DNA from: Eutreptiella sp. 'Long Island Sound 2002'
Taxonomy: Eukaryota > Protista > Euglenida
NCBI GenBank assembly: GCA_964036045.1
Contig: OZ038379.1
Coordinates: 66,526,001 to 66,590,000, forward strand
Reading direction: 5' to 3'
Length of the DNA: 64,000 bases
Positions 23,700-35,460 of the stretch are shown in pieces. The first letter of the stretch is position 1; every line of letters starts with the position of its first letter. The notes beneath the pieces are model-generated. The model ran no database searches. It was given only the letters and a program-made list of their open reading frames with translations, and was not told the origin of the DNA. A program made the translations under genes and the position numbers.

Positions 23700-26600
23700 C
23701 AGCCCGCACGCCAAAGGCGGGTACCGTCGCTGCATTGCTGCTGCCGCGTCTGTATCATCGGCCTGGTCCTGTCCATTAGGAGGAGGGGGGCGCTTTTCAT
23801 CGGCACGGAGCAGCGGGTGTGATGCTCCCTCGGCACGACCCCACACCGAGCCCTGACGCGCACCCCTCGAAGACGCCGCCGCCGGACGCCCCTGGGTGAC
23901 GCCGAGAAAGCCCGAGCGGCACCCCTCTGGCCCGCATTTGGGTCCATGCTGTTTCCTCTTTTCGAGGACAGTGCCACGGACCCGCGTGCACCGCTCAACG
24001 CCGTTGACGAAGAGGCCTACTGCGCTCTCGAGGATTGCAGTCCCGAGCGCTGTGCGAGCGTCGAGAAACTAGCATTGGCCGCTGCAAAGGGCCCTGTCAG
24101 TCCACGAGGCATGACGCCAGTGATCATGTCCTCCGCTTGCAAACGCTGAGCTGGGTCCGACCCATGGACCCTCGCCAGGTGGTCGAGGAGGACCCCGGGG
24201 TTGAGGTGGTTGAGCTTCAGGTTGCAGCCAGCCCGCTGTTGACACTGGCCCACCCCCTCCAACCTGCATCAGGGGCAGGCGTTCACTTTGCTCACCCCAC
24301 GCTACTCCGTGGCTACATGCCCCCTGAAGTGCTTCAGTACCACCCGGATGTTAGAGTAGCTACCGTAAGGCAAACTGTGGTCCTTCATGGGGGCGGGCTT
24401 CGGCTCTGCCTTTGGGACCGCCTTCGCCATAACAACCACAGGGGCAGCCTGCTGAACCGGTGGCACTCTGGGCGGTGGTGGCAGGTGCATCGTCCCCTCC
24501 ACAGGATATTGCCCCTCTACCCACCGGCGCCACGCATGGGCGAACGTCTCCCGGTCGCCCGTGGCGGTCCACCGGGAACCAAAAAACGCAGGGAGACACG
24601 GCGCCATGGTCTCAGCCTTGAGCAGGCGAAAGGCGTCTCCTCCGTAGCTGTTGCAGAACCGAAGCGCCGCAGCACCCACCAATTCATCGGCACCGAGTAG
24701 CGGGTGCAATGCTCCCTCGGCACGACCCGACGCCGAGCCCCGACGCGCACCTATCGAAGAGGCCGCTGTCGGACGCGCCCCGCGTGACGCTGAGGAAGCC
24801 CGCGCGGCACCCTTGTGGCCCGCAATTGGGTCAATGCGTTTTCCTTCTGTGGAGGACACTGCCACGGACCCGCGAGCACCACTCAATGCCGTTGACGAAG
24901 AGGCCTCCAGCGCTCCCATGGATTGCAGTCCCGAGGGTTGTGCGAGCGTCCACGAACCGGCATTGGCCGCTTCGAAGGGCTCCGTCAGTCCACAAGGCAG
25001 GACGCCCGTGATCATGGTCTCCGCCTGCTCACGCTGAGCTGGGTCCGACCCATGGACCCTCGCCAGGTGGTCGGGGAGGACCCTGGGGTTGAGGTGGCCG
25101 GGCTTCGGATTGCGACTGGCCCGCTATTGACACTGACCCGCCCCCTCCATCCTGGACCAGGGGCACGCGTTCACGTTGCTCACCCCACGCTACTCTGTGG
25201 ACACATGCCCCCCTGAAGTGCTTCGGTACCACCCGGATGTTAGAGTAGATACCCCAAGGCAAACTCAGGTCCTTCATGGGTGCGGGCTTCGGCTCTGCCT
25301 ATGGGACGGCCTTCGCCACAACAACCACATGGGCAGCCGGCCAGACCGGTGGCAGGGTGGGCGGTGGTGGCACGTGCAGCATCTCCTCCACGGGAAACTG
25401 CCCCTCTACCCACCGGCGCCACGCATCGGCGAACGTCTTTCCATCGCCCGCGATGCTCCACCGGGAGCCAGAAAACGCCCGGAGCCACGGCGCCATGGTC
25501 TCAGCCTTGACCACGCGGAAGGCGTCTCCTCCGTAGCTGTTGCCGAACCGAAGCGCTGCAACACCCACTAATTCATAGGCACCGAGCAGCCGGTTCTATG
25601 GTCCTTCGGCACGACCCGACGCCGAGCCCCGACGCGCACCTCTCGAAGAGGCCGCTGCCGGACGCGCCCCGCGTGACGCTAAGGAAGCCCACGCGGCACC
25701 CCTGTGGCCCGCAATTGGGTCCATGCATTTTTCTTTTGGTGAGGACACTGCCACGGACCCGCGAGCACCGCTCAATGCCGTTGACGAAGAGGCCACCTGC
25801 GCTCCCAAGGATTGCGGTCCCGATGGCTGTGTGAGCGCCCACGAACCGGCATGGGCCGTTGCGAAGGGCCCCGTCAGTCCACGAGGAATGACGCCCGTGA
25901 TAATGTCCTCCGCCTGCTCACGTTGAGCTGGGTATGACCGATGGACCCTCGCCAGGTGGTCGAGGAGGACCCTTGGGTTGAGGTGGCTGGGCTTTCGATT
26001 GCGGCCGGCCCGCTATGGACAGTGAGCCGCCCCCTCCATCCTGGACCAGGGGCACGCATTCCCGTTGCTCACCCTACGCTGCTCTGTGGCCACATGCCCC
26101 CCGAACTGCTTCAGTACCACCCGGATGTTAGATTAGCTATTGTAAGGCAAACTCAGGTCCTTCATGGGTGCGGGCTTCGGCTCTGCCTTGGGGACCGCCT
26201 TCGCCACAAAAACGACAGGGGTAGCCGGCCGGACCGGCGGCACGCTGGGCGGTGGTGGCAGGTGCAGCATCCCCTCCACGGGAAACTGCCCCTCTACGCA
26301 CTGGCGCCACGCATCGGTGAATGTCTCCCCATCCCCCGCGATGGTCCACCGGGAGCCAGAAAACGCCTGGAGCCACGGCGCCATGGTCTCAGCCCTGACC
26401 AAGCGGAAGGCGGCTCCTCCGTACCTGTTGCAGAACCGAAGCGCCGTAGCACCCACCAATTCATCGGCACTCGGCAGACGGTTCTCTGCTCCCTTGGCAC
26501 GACCTGACACCGAGCCCCGACGCGCACCTGTCGAAGAGGCCGCCGCCGGACGCGCCCGGCGTGACGCCGAGGAAGCCCGCGCGGCACCCCTGTGGTCCGC

Positions 26601-27550
26601 AATTGGGTCCATGCCTTTTCCTTCTGTGGAGGACACTGCCACGGACCCGCGCGCACCGCTCAATGCTGTTGACGAAGAGGCCTCCGGCGCTCCCGAGGAT
26701 TGCAGCCGTGAGGGCATTGCGAGCGTCCACGAATCGGCATTGGCCGCTGCGAACGTCAGTCCACGAGGCATGACGCCCGTAATCATGTCCTCCGCCTGCT
26801 CACGCTGAGCTCGGTCCGACCCATGGACCCTCGCCAGGTGGTCGAGGAGGACCCTAGGGTTGAGGTGGCTGGGCTTCAGATTGCGGCCGGCCCGCTATGG
26901 ACACTCCATCCCCTCCATCTTGGACCAGGGGTACGCGTTCACGTTGCTCACCCCACGCTACTCTGTGGCCACATCCCCCCCGAAGTGCTTCAGTACCACC
27001 CGGATGTCAGAGTAGCTACCGTAAGGCAAACTCATGTCCTTCATGGGTGCGGGCTTCGGCTCTGCCTTGGGGACCGCGTTCGCCACAACAACGACAGGGG
27101 CAGCCGGCCGGACTGGTGGCAGACTGGGCGGTGGTGGCAGGTGCAGAATCCCCTCCACGAGAAACGGCCCCTCTACCCAACGGCGCCACACATCGGCGAA
27201 CGTCTCCCTGTCGCCCGCGACGGTCCACCGGGAGCCAGAAAACGCCCGGAGCCACAGCGCCATGGTCTCAGCCTTGACCACGCGGAAGGCGTCTCCTCCG
27301 TAGCTGTTGCCGAACCGAAGCGCCGCAACACCCACTAATTCATCGGCACTGAGCAGCCGGTTCTATGGTCCTTCGGCACGACCCGACGCCGAGCCCCGAC
27401 GCGCACCTCTCGAAGAGGCCGCCGCCGGACGCGCCCCGCGTGACGCCGAGGAAGCCCGCGCGGCACCCCTGTGGCCCGCAATTGGGTCCATGCCTTTTCC
27501 TTCTGTGGAGGAGACTGTCACGGACCCGCGAGCACCGCTCAATGTCGTTG
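23700..27550 (-). repeat. About 4.4 tandem ~885-bp coding modules in the LINE polyprotein, each with a Cys/His zinc-finger-like motif
   Basis: Anchor CG(C/T)TGAGCT at 24144, 25032, 25921 and 26803 (spacing 888, 889, 882). Module includes CPxC..GQCQ..A.CN.K..HLNPG.LL.HLARVH. Confidence 0.9.
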
Positions 27551-28189
27551 ACGAAGAGGCGGGTGGAGGACCTGGTGCCCATCCATGTTTTGGGCCACGC
27601 GGACATGCGACAGGTGGGGGTGTTGGAGGGCACAGAGTTTTGGGCTTGTTTGCGGGTGCAACGGGGGGGTCTGGATTGGATCGTGGTCACCGCAGAAAGG
27701 CTGGTGCGGCGGCAGTCCAAGGGGTCTGCCTGCTTTGGGTCCTCTGAGATCACCCAAGGTTCGTGGGCGCCGTGCGCCGGGCACATAGGTCTTCGCCCGG
27801 GGACGAGGCGCCAGCACGAGTCGTGTTCGGGGCGGTGACAGCGGAGCCCCACAATCCGGGGAAGGATGTATGGCCGGTGGTCCCCATCAACATCTGGCAG
27901 CCTGAGCACGAGGCCATCATGTGTGTGGCGTTGCAAGGACATGCAGCAGCCCTTCCTCGGGCCCGGCGGCGCAGGCGTCCAGCACCCGGCCGGCGGCGTC
28001 CTTGGTGATGCTGCAGGGAGCCTGGTGGGCGTGGTGCTGCGTTATTGTAGCGTTGGAGCCACCCTCCTCTGCGTTGCGGCTGTACCACCGCGGAAGGGTG
28101 CCGCAGCTCGCGATCCGCGCGGCGGCCCTGGAGGCCTTGCAGCTTGGTACCCTGAGCGGCAACGGGGGCACGGCGCTGTTCCTCCAGGG

Positions 28190-28655
28190 AAAATTGGTGG
28201 GTGCTGCGGCGCTTCGGTTCTGCAAGAGCCACAGAGGAGACGCCTTCCGCCTGGTCATGGCAGAGACCATGGCGCTGTGGCTCCGGGCGTTTTCTGGTTC
28301 CCGGTGGACGCTCACGTGCAACCGGGAGCGGTTCGCCGACGTGGGGCGCCGGTGGGTAGAGGGACAGTTTCGCGTGGAGGGGGCGATGCACGTGCCACCA
28401 CCGCCCAGCGTGCCACAAGTCCGGCCGGCTGCCCCTGTGGTCTTTGTGGCGAAGGCGGTCCAAAAGGGGGTACCGAAGCCCGCCCCCATGAAGGACCTCA
28501 GTTTGCCTTACAGTAGCTACTCTAACATCTGGGTGGTATTGAAGCAGTTCGAGGGGCATGTGGCCACAGAGCAGCGTGGGGTGAGCAACGTGAAGGTGTG
28601 CCCCTGGTCCAAGCTGGAGGGGGCGGGCCAATGTCCATAGTGGGCCGGTGCCATC
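28190..28655 (+). repeat. Inverted partial copy of the 885-bp module
   Basis: The plus strand reads KLVGAAALRFCKSHRGDAFRL...KDLSLPYSSYSNI, which the other modules encode on the minus strand. Confidence 0.85.
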
Positions 28656-28949
28656 GTTGGGCATGCTCCTCCCATGGCTGGGGGGCGTGCGGGCTCTGCC
28701 TCTGCAGTACGGTGTTGATGTGCTGCAGCAACACCGACAAGATCAGGGACATCCCCCCCTCTGCAGCTGCCACGCGCAGCAGGGCGTGCCGCAGCCGCGC
28801 ATCAGGCTGCTCTATGTGGTGCCCGACGTCCGCCACCACCATAGGAGCGCGGGGCGCCGCGAAGGCACCCAGTGCCGCCGCCAGCAACTCCCTCAGTGAG
28901 GGCAGGCGCATGATCGGCCCCATGTCCTTGTTGACGACCATCGCTGCCA

Positions 28950-29420
28950 CCCGCTGCCTCTCCACCGTTGACAAAAGGTTGCCCGGCCTTAGCACGCGGA
29001 GGAGGGTACCAACTGTCGACAGCAGCGCGTGCATGCCGCAGTCTGTGTTGTTGCCTCCCGGCCGTCGCACCTGCGCTGCCCTGGCCACCGTTAGCAGGGG
29101 CTCCGCACCCGGCCGCACCGACCCTTGTCCATGTGCAGCGTGCTGCCCGCCCTGTCCCACGTGCGTGGCAACTGGGGCGAGCTGCCCTCCAACGTGGGCG
29201 GGCCTAGGGGGTTCACAATCCGCTGCACATTCGGGGCCAGGAGGTGGTGGGCGGTCCAGTGCCCCACATCCTGCTCCAGCGAGCGGTCAAGGTACACAAA
29301 CTCCGAGCCGCCCAGCTCAACATACTGAGCAACGAGGGGGGCGGCCGGGCTTTATTCGTTTTGCGGGCCCTCCCACCCGTCACCCAGTAGGATCATGGCG
29401 TGGCGGGCCATGCATCGCGC
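28950..29420 (-). pseudogene. Ulp1/SENP-like (CE clan) cysteine protease domain in the LINE polyprotein
   Basis: EFVYLD...GHWTAHHLLAPNVQRIVNPLG (His, then Asn at the usual Asp position), followed after a frameshift by AQVRRPGGNNTDCGMHAL (Gln and DCG nucleophile motif). Confidence 0.6.
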
Positions 29421-32400
29421 CGCATCCGCCACCAGCGCCACCGTCCGGTCGCATAGCTTAGCCCCGTGGTCCGTGGCCACGAAGAAGTGGTGCCTTGGCC
29501 CGTGCTCACCGCCGGCCCCATACAGCCCCTCCAAGGCGCCGACCATCTGAGCCGCTGGCGGGTCGGCGTTTGTGCAATCCCGGAGACAAGGAAGCGCCCC
29601 CGGGAGCTGTCTTCCAACTTCCCCTTGCCACATGGTGGCGCGCAGAGCCGAGAGTTGCCTCCAGAGGTCCTTGGCAATCGGGTCCCGCTAGGGTTGCGGC
29701 CTCTCGGCATCCCACTGGAGGGAAACCACGCCTACCTGGGTGGTTAGGGGCTCCGCAGAGAGCTGTAGCGCCACCCTCCCATCTGTGTGCACGGCCGTGC
29801 CACGCGGGGCACGGAAGGCGTGTCCTCCAACTCCGCGGATCGTCACCTAGCCCCATAAGATCACAATGGTCTTCAGCTGGGGCCCATGGCCCGACCGCCG
29901 CGGCCACGTCGCCGGGTGGGTGCGGGCCGTTCGCCGCCCACAGCCTCCATTGTACCCCCACTAGCAGGTCGCAGCCCGGGGGGCGTAGGGACGCATCCCA
30001 CGAGCCCGGGAGCTAGCGTTGGACCACGGTCCACACCTCGGCTCTGTCACCGCGCCTCAAGCAGAGCCCTTCGAGGAGGCCCTGCGTCTTGGGGCTGGGG
30101 AGGCGAACGGACCGGACCCCCATCCCCGGGCTTAGCCAGACCCCCGCTCACCCTCGAGCGGACGGACGTCCGGGTCTACCACCCCCAGGCAGGCCGCGAC
30201 CATGGCGAAATGTATGGACATAGTCCACGGCTCGACTGTTACAGGCTTGCGGGGCAGCTCCGGACAAGCCGCCACGGAGCCACCATCTCAGTCCTAGCTT
30301 AGCGCCCTCTCCCACCACTGTGTCGAGGTAACATTCGCCGCGGGCAGCGGCCAGGACAAGCACGTCGTCACGGCCCGAGCTTGCCATTGCTGGAGGTCAA
30401 TGCTTGCAGGGTGCGTGTGCCACGTGCACACCCACCCTAGAGTTGCCTCCTGGAGGGACATCATGTAACACCATACGACCATTAGGAACGGGGTGAGCAA
30501 GGCCGCAACGCCGCATAGCAACGCCACTGCCCACAGGACTCTACGCGTGGGCGACCGCATACCCCATTGCCCGTAGCCCTCTAGTCTGCGCCGCCTCCAC
30601 CACATTGCACAACAGTCCGCCTGGCGAGCCCAACGGCTGAAGCGGAGGGCCCCCACACGGGCCCTCCGCCCAAAGTCCCAAGGACCAGCAATAGGTCTTG
30701 GGGTACTCCCGGGGGCACTTGGGGTTGAGGGTGGCCAACGAAGCACGCGCCAGCCCTCGTGCACAACCCTTTGGCCCGGGGCCGGCAGGTTTCCGCCTCA
30801 CTTGCCTTGGGCCGCAGCTTTTCCGGCACTCCTGTCGACCACGGCCTTACTTCGGGTGCCCCCCGTGCGCCCGTGATGTCGACCTCGTCATTCTCTCCAC
30901 CTCCGATGCCCTGTGCCGTTGCCGGCCTATTTGGCCTCGTTCCTCATCCTCCAGACCACCGCGGGTCGCTAGCCGTAGCAAGAACCCGCGCGAGGGGTGC
31001 CCCCACGTGGGCTTCAACATCAAATGCATCGCCCCGCCGCTCCGCAGGTCCGGTCGGGTCCTGACCCATCGCATGTGGTTGTTGTGCCAAAGGTTCTACT
31101 TCAGTAGCCGCTCCTGCAGCTCACTACGCTCCGCCTCTCGATGTGCCTCTGGCCATGTCCCCCTGCACCGCATTGCCGTGCTGCTCGGGCTCCCGCTCCC
31201 CGGTACCCGCGTCCTGGCGCGTGCGTGCCTACCACCACTAGTAGCAAGGGGTCACCAACGCGGTTCGGGAGGTGATAGCTGCTGGAGGTGGGGGCAAGGA
31301 CGGTGTTGCCGAATGCTAGCGACAAGTGCTCCTCGCCATCCGCGCCGCGGGCGAGCAGGACCTCCGTTGCTTCTGGATGCAGCGCCACCAGAACGGCATG
31401 TGACTCGAACACCGAAGGCGTGAAGGGCTGCCTGCCGTGGTTGGGGAGCTAGTCCTCTGCGCTGCTCCTCCATAGGGCCACGTAGAGGCCCTCCTCCGTT
31501 GCACCATCCAGCCCCGCCGCCTCAAGCAGGCGCCGCGCAGCCAGACGCACCGCCAGCGGGAGGCGCTCCTTCGGCTCATCCCCCCGGACGTCCCCTGGAT
31601 TGTAGTCCCGGACTGCTGTGTCCCCCAATGCGACACAACTGACCTTGTCGCCCGGCATGGGCACATCCGCCGGGCTCACCTCCAGGGCGACCCTCTCCGG
31701 CAGCTATAGCTCAAAGCGCTCCACGGCGCCTGCCAGCGACGTCGCCACTTGGTGCCCTCGATCAGAGAGGCGGTGCTCCTGGACGCCCTCGGCGGCATGG
31801 AACCCGCAGTGCCGCCTCTCACAACTCCCCAGGAGAGGTCATGGCACTGCACTAGGCATGCATAGCAGGGGTGCGTTTGCCGGATCCATGTCCATGCCAA
31901 CAGAAGCTTCGGGCCGAGGGTTGTCCTCGTACAGGAGCGCCATTGTCGAGTCGCAAGGCCCGTACTCCATCTCCTCCTCCACGTCCTCCTTGGCCACGTC
32001 CAACGACTCTGCACTGTCTGCGTAGCTGCTCTTGCCGGCGGTGAATCCGGCCGCCGGGGGTAGGGTGCAAGGGGCCGCTCTTTTGCGGCCTCCCTGCCCG
32101 CCGCTTCCACCCTATCAAGCCGCACCCTGAGGTTGGCTGGCGACCGGGCACGATTGATGCCCGTGGCCATGTCCTGGTCGTACTCCAACCCGGCCGGACA
32201 CGACTCCCCGGGCTGCACCACACGCCAAACCCTCCACTCCCACATCCATTCTGCCACCCCCATGGCAGCCGCGTGCGCCAAGCCCATCGCCACTACTCTT
32301 GGGCTAGTCCCCATCCCGCTCGCCTAGCCAACCGGCTCCTCCTGCACTGGTCCACCCGCCTCCGGCTCCCCATGCCCTCGCTCCTCATCGGCACTAGCCG

Positions 32401-32990
32401 TTTGGCCCACCCTCTCCCCCTCGCCAGGTACCCCCCCGGCATCAGTGGGAACCTACGCCGACAGCGCGTACCGCACACACTCTGCTGCCTCCCGTCGGTG
32501 GGTAGCGTGGGCATCTTCGAGCAGCACTGTGACAATCGGGAAGGCCGGCCGCGGCAACTCCTCCCGCCGCCGGCTTTGCTGGTACTCGAACAGCGGTACC
32601 AGGGGTACCCCTTGACGATGCCAGCTTACCTCCACTGGTTGTCTCCAGGGTCCGTTGCATCGGGGCCACCCGTTCCACTGCACCTTCTTGCCGGTGTCCA
32701 CGTGTACTATTGGCGCTGGCCGCTGCGAGGCCTGTGGGTGGGCGGCCGGGATCCGCGAGCCTAGGGCCCTCTGCCCATGGGGTGCTTCCGCGGTGATTGC
32801 CGGAGCCGATGACGCCACGTGCCCAGGAGGGCTCCTTTAACGTCGCCAGAGGTGGCTGAGATGCTGTGTCCGTTGCCGGCCGCACCCCGGCCACGTGCGC
32901 TTCCTCCTTCGGTAACCCCGGCACGCGGGGAGTCCCTGGCATCGCCAGAGGCGCCAGCAGCGCTGGCTCAGTTGTGCCCTTGGTATTGCT
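29420..32990 (-). pseudogene. Decayed N-terminal coding region of the LINE polyprotein, no domain recognised
   Basis: Overlapping coding-like minus-strand fragments (e.g. 30294-30764, 31101-31412, 31449-31679), collinear with the protease and ORF1-like regions. Confidence 0.4.
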
Positions 32991-32997
32991 TCCCCTC

Positions 32998-34494
32998 TCA
33001 GCCGTGGCGCTTCAACCCGGGACCGCCGAGGGCGTGGGGGCCACCCTCAGGGGCACTAGCGCTGCCTGCGCTCCTGGTTACGTACCCAGCACCTCTTGGA
33101 GCGCCCGCGCCACGTGTGCCGGAGGCACCCACGTCGGCAATACTAGGGGTACCCGTTCGGCTTGTGTTGCCGGCATCCCCCCACACACCATAGGGGGTGC
33201 GGACGCCACATGTGCTTGAGGTACTCACACCGGCATCACTAGGGGCACCCGTGCTACGTGAGCAGGCAGCATCCCCACAGGTATTGCATGGGGTACCGAT
33301 GCTACATACATGACCTGTGCCGGCGCTGCCTGTGGTTGTGGCAACCCCGGCGGCGCCGCATGGGGTGCGTGTGCCACTTGCGGGGGCTGCATTGCATGCG
33401 CCGAGATGGTGGTTTGGCCGTTGGTGCTGGAGGTGCTGCGGATGTGCATGGTGATGTACCGGTTGGTGAAGGTGGTGGTGGAAGTGGTGCAGGAAGGCTG
33501 GGTGGTGATGATGGTGGCAATGCACCGCGGCAGGCCCCATCGGGGGGAAGTGGTGGTAGTGGTGATGATGATGGTGAGGGGCCCCAAAGGGCACGAAGGG
33601 CACAGGCGGGAGGCCCATAGGTGGGGGCACCCGGAACATGTGTGCCCCAGGCGCTTGCTCTATCCAGCCCGATACCGGTCGTGCTAGCTGCCGTCCACGC
33701 TGCGGGTCCTCCAACGGCCCGTAGTCCACCTGGAGATGGTGGAGTAGCCGCTCGAGGATGGTGACCCCAAAGGGTGCCGCGCCCGCCGCAAACTGTACCT
33801 GCACGTCTGTTGCATTAAGCGACGGGGGTCGCTGCCCAGCACTCGTCGCAGGCAAAGGCCGACAAAGTGGTCCCACCCGCTGTTCCTGGATGGGCGATAC
33901 GCGCGCTTGGAAGGCAGCGTATGAGTGCTGCCCATGTATGATGAGGTAAGGCACCGCGTCCCCCAAGCGACGGGCATGCCGCTGGAGGGCATTCAGTTCC
34001 GTGTGGGTGGTCGGGTTTGGAGGCAACGACACGGCGTTTACGAGGCCTAGGCAAGCTATGGAGAAAAGGGCCGGGGGGGGGGGGGCAGATTTGCCCTTGA
34101 GGCCAACCCCGTGACGTGGGGTTGCGGAGGTCTGTGGCGAGGGTCGGTGTGGGGCCGGGAATTGCACACACCGAGCACGACACTTAGCACTACAATAGAC
34201 CGTGGGCTTTTTGTCACCGCCTCCCTGCCACCCGCTTCCCCCTCTTCCTGTCTCTGCCGGCTCCCCTGTGCCCCCTTTCTGCTTCGGTTTTTCCGGCGTG
34301 GGTTGGGAGGGCGCCAGCATTGGTCCCCGTCCCTCGGTGCTTCCCCTTTGGGGGGCCGGTGCTTGTACTCCCCGTTGGAGTGTAACGCTGTTGTACTGGC
34401 TGTCCATTTGTACCCGCTTCGTACAACTGGACACACGCCGTATCCTGGTACGCCGACCCTTTCCCACACTGGGGTCCCGTACACTTTGGGTCAC
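32998..34494 (-). CDS. 498-aa ORF1/gag-like protein of the LINE (Cys cluster, His/Pro-rich low-complexity tail)
   Basis: Longest open frame in the window; lies 5' of the protease-APE-RT region on the same strand; VYCSAKCRARC cluster. ORF1 identity inferred from position only. Confidence 0.5.
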   Translation of the reverse strand: MTQSVRDPSVGKGRRTRIRRVSSCTKRVQMDSQYNSVTLQRGVQAPAPQRGSTEGRGPMLAPSQPTPEKPKQKGGTGEPAETGRGGSGWQGGGDKKPTVYCSAKCRARCVQFPAPHRPSPQTSATPRHGVGLKGKSAPPPPALFSIACLGLVNAVSLPPNPTTHTELNALQRHARRLGDAVPYLIIHGQHSYAAFQARVSPIQEQRVGPLCRPLPATSAGQRPPSLNATDVQVQFAAGAAPFGVTILERLLHHLQVDYGPLEDPQRGRQLARPVSGWIEQAPGAHMFRVPPPMGLPPVPFVPFGAPHHHHHHYHHFPPMGPAAVHCHHHHHPAFLHHFHHHLHQPVHHHAHPQHLQHQRPNHHLGACNAAPASGTRTPCGAAGVATTTGSAGTGHVCSIGTPCNTCGDAACSRSTGAPSDAGVSTSSTCGVRTPYGVWGDAGNTSRTGTPSIADVGASGTRGAGAPRGAGYVTRSAGSASAPEGGPHALGGPGLKRHG

Positions 34495-35029
34495 GTGACA
34501 AGCCCTTGCGGGGCTGACGTGTCTCCTGCCGGCCCCGACGGACGATGTGCCCTAGCCGCAGCGCCTCACTGGGCACGAACTGCAGTACGTGCCGTGGGGA
34601 GCGCTCCGTGTGAGGCCCGTTGGGCACCCCCCCGGCCCGGTGCCACCAAGTGCCGCTGGCCTACGGTTGCAGTCGTATCCCGCCTTCTTGCGGCTGCTCA
34701 AGCGGGGCCAATGCGGTCACTTTGGGGGGCGGGGGGGCTAACTCCTCCACTCAGGTTCCATGCCGGCGTCCCCCTGTGTTTGTCGGGTGTTCGTTCGCGG
34801 CCCGCGCTGTCCTCACGCCTTTTGGTGCCCGTCTCCCCCGCTCCCCCTCTCTCTCGCCCCCTCTCATGGGGTCGGTCTCCAGCCCGTATCCGGCCTCCAG
34901 TTGCACCCTGCTTCATGTGTATCCGGTGTTGGCGATGTGGTTCTAGGTGCTGCTCTGCTAGGCCTAGGTTGTGGCCCTGTTGGGGCCGTGGGTTAGGGGC
35001 TGGGTCTTGCTTTCCTTCCTCTTGCCTCT

Positions 35030-35460
35030 TTTATAGCGCACATCGAGCGCATGAGGCAGGGATTAGCGTTGGGTATGGCACGGATTGATGACACGCAAGT
35101 AGCGAAGCAATAAGCAGGACAATGTGTAACCCCGGCCTTGGGTTGCCCATGTCCCCCCACGTGAGCCTCCTGCCCCCCGTTCCCCTGGTTGCCTATCAAT
35201 CTCCGGAGTGCGTTCGCCTGACACTGGTGGTTCGTGTCCGTTAATTCTGCCTGGGTTGTGTCTGTCTTGGCTGTGGGGGCCGTGGGGTAGCGGGCGGGTC
35301 TTGTTTTCCACCCTCTTGCTTGTTCTGTAGCGCATTGAGCGTAGCAAGTAAGGATTAGGGTGGGATATGGTATGGATCTAGAACACGCAAGTAGCGCTGC
35401 AATAAGCAGGACAATGGGTAACTCCCCGGCCCCGGGCTGTCCCCATCCCCCCATGTCAGC
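35030..35460. repeat. ~295-bp tandem duplication in the putative LINE 5' region
   Basis: ACACGCAAGTAGCG..GCAATAAGCAGGACAATG at ~35090 and ~35385; further short repeats GGATGGCGCCGTTGGTGC at ~36220 and ~36310. Confidence 0.65.

Noticed and set aside
33300-33600. His-rich metal-binding host protein
   Set aside because: It is a low-complexity (CAC/CAT) tract inside the ORF1-like frame of the retroelement, not an independent gene
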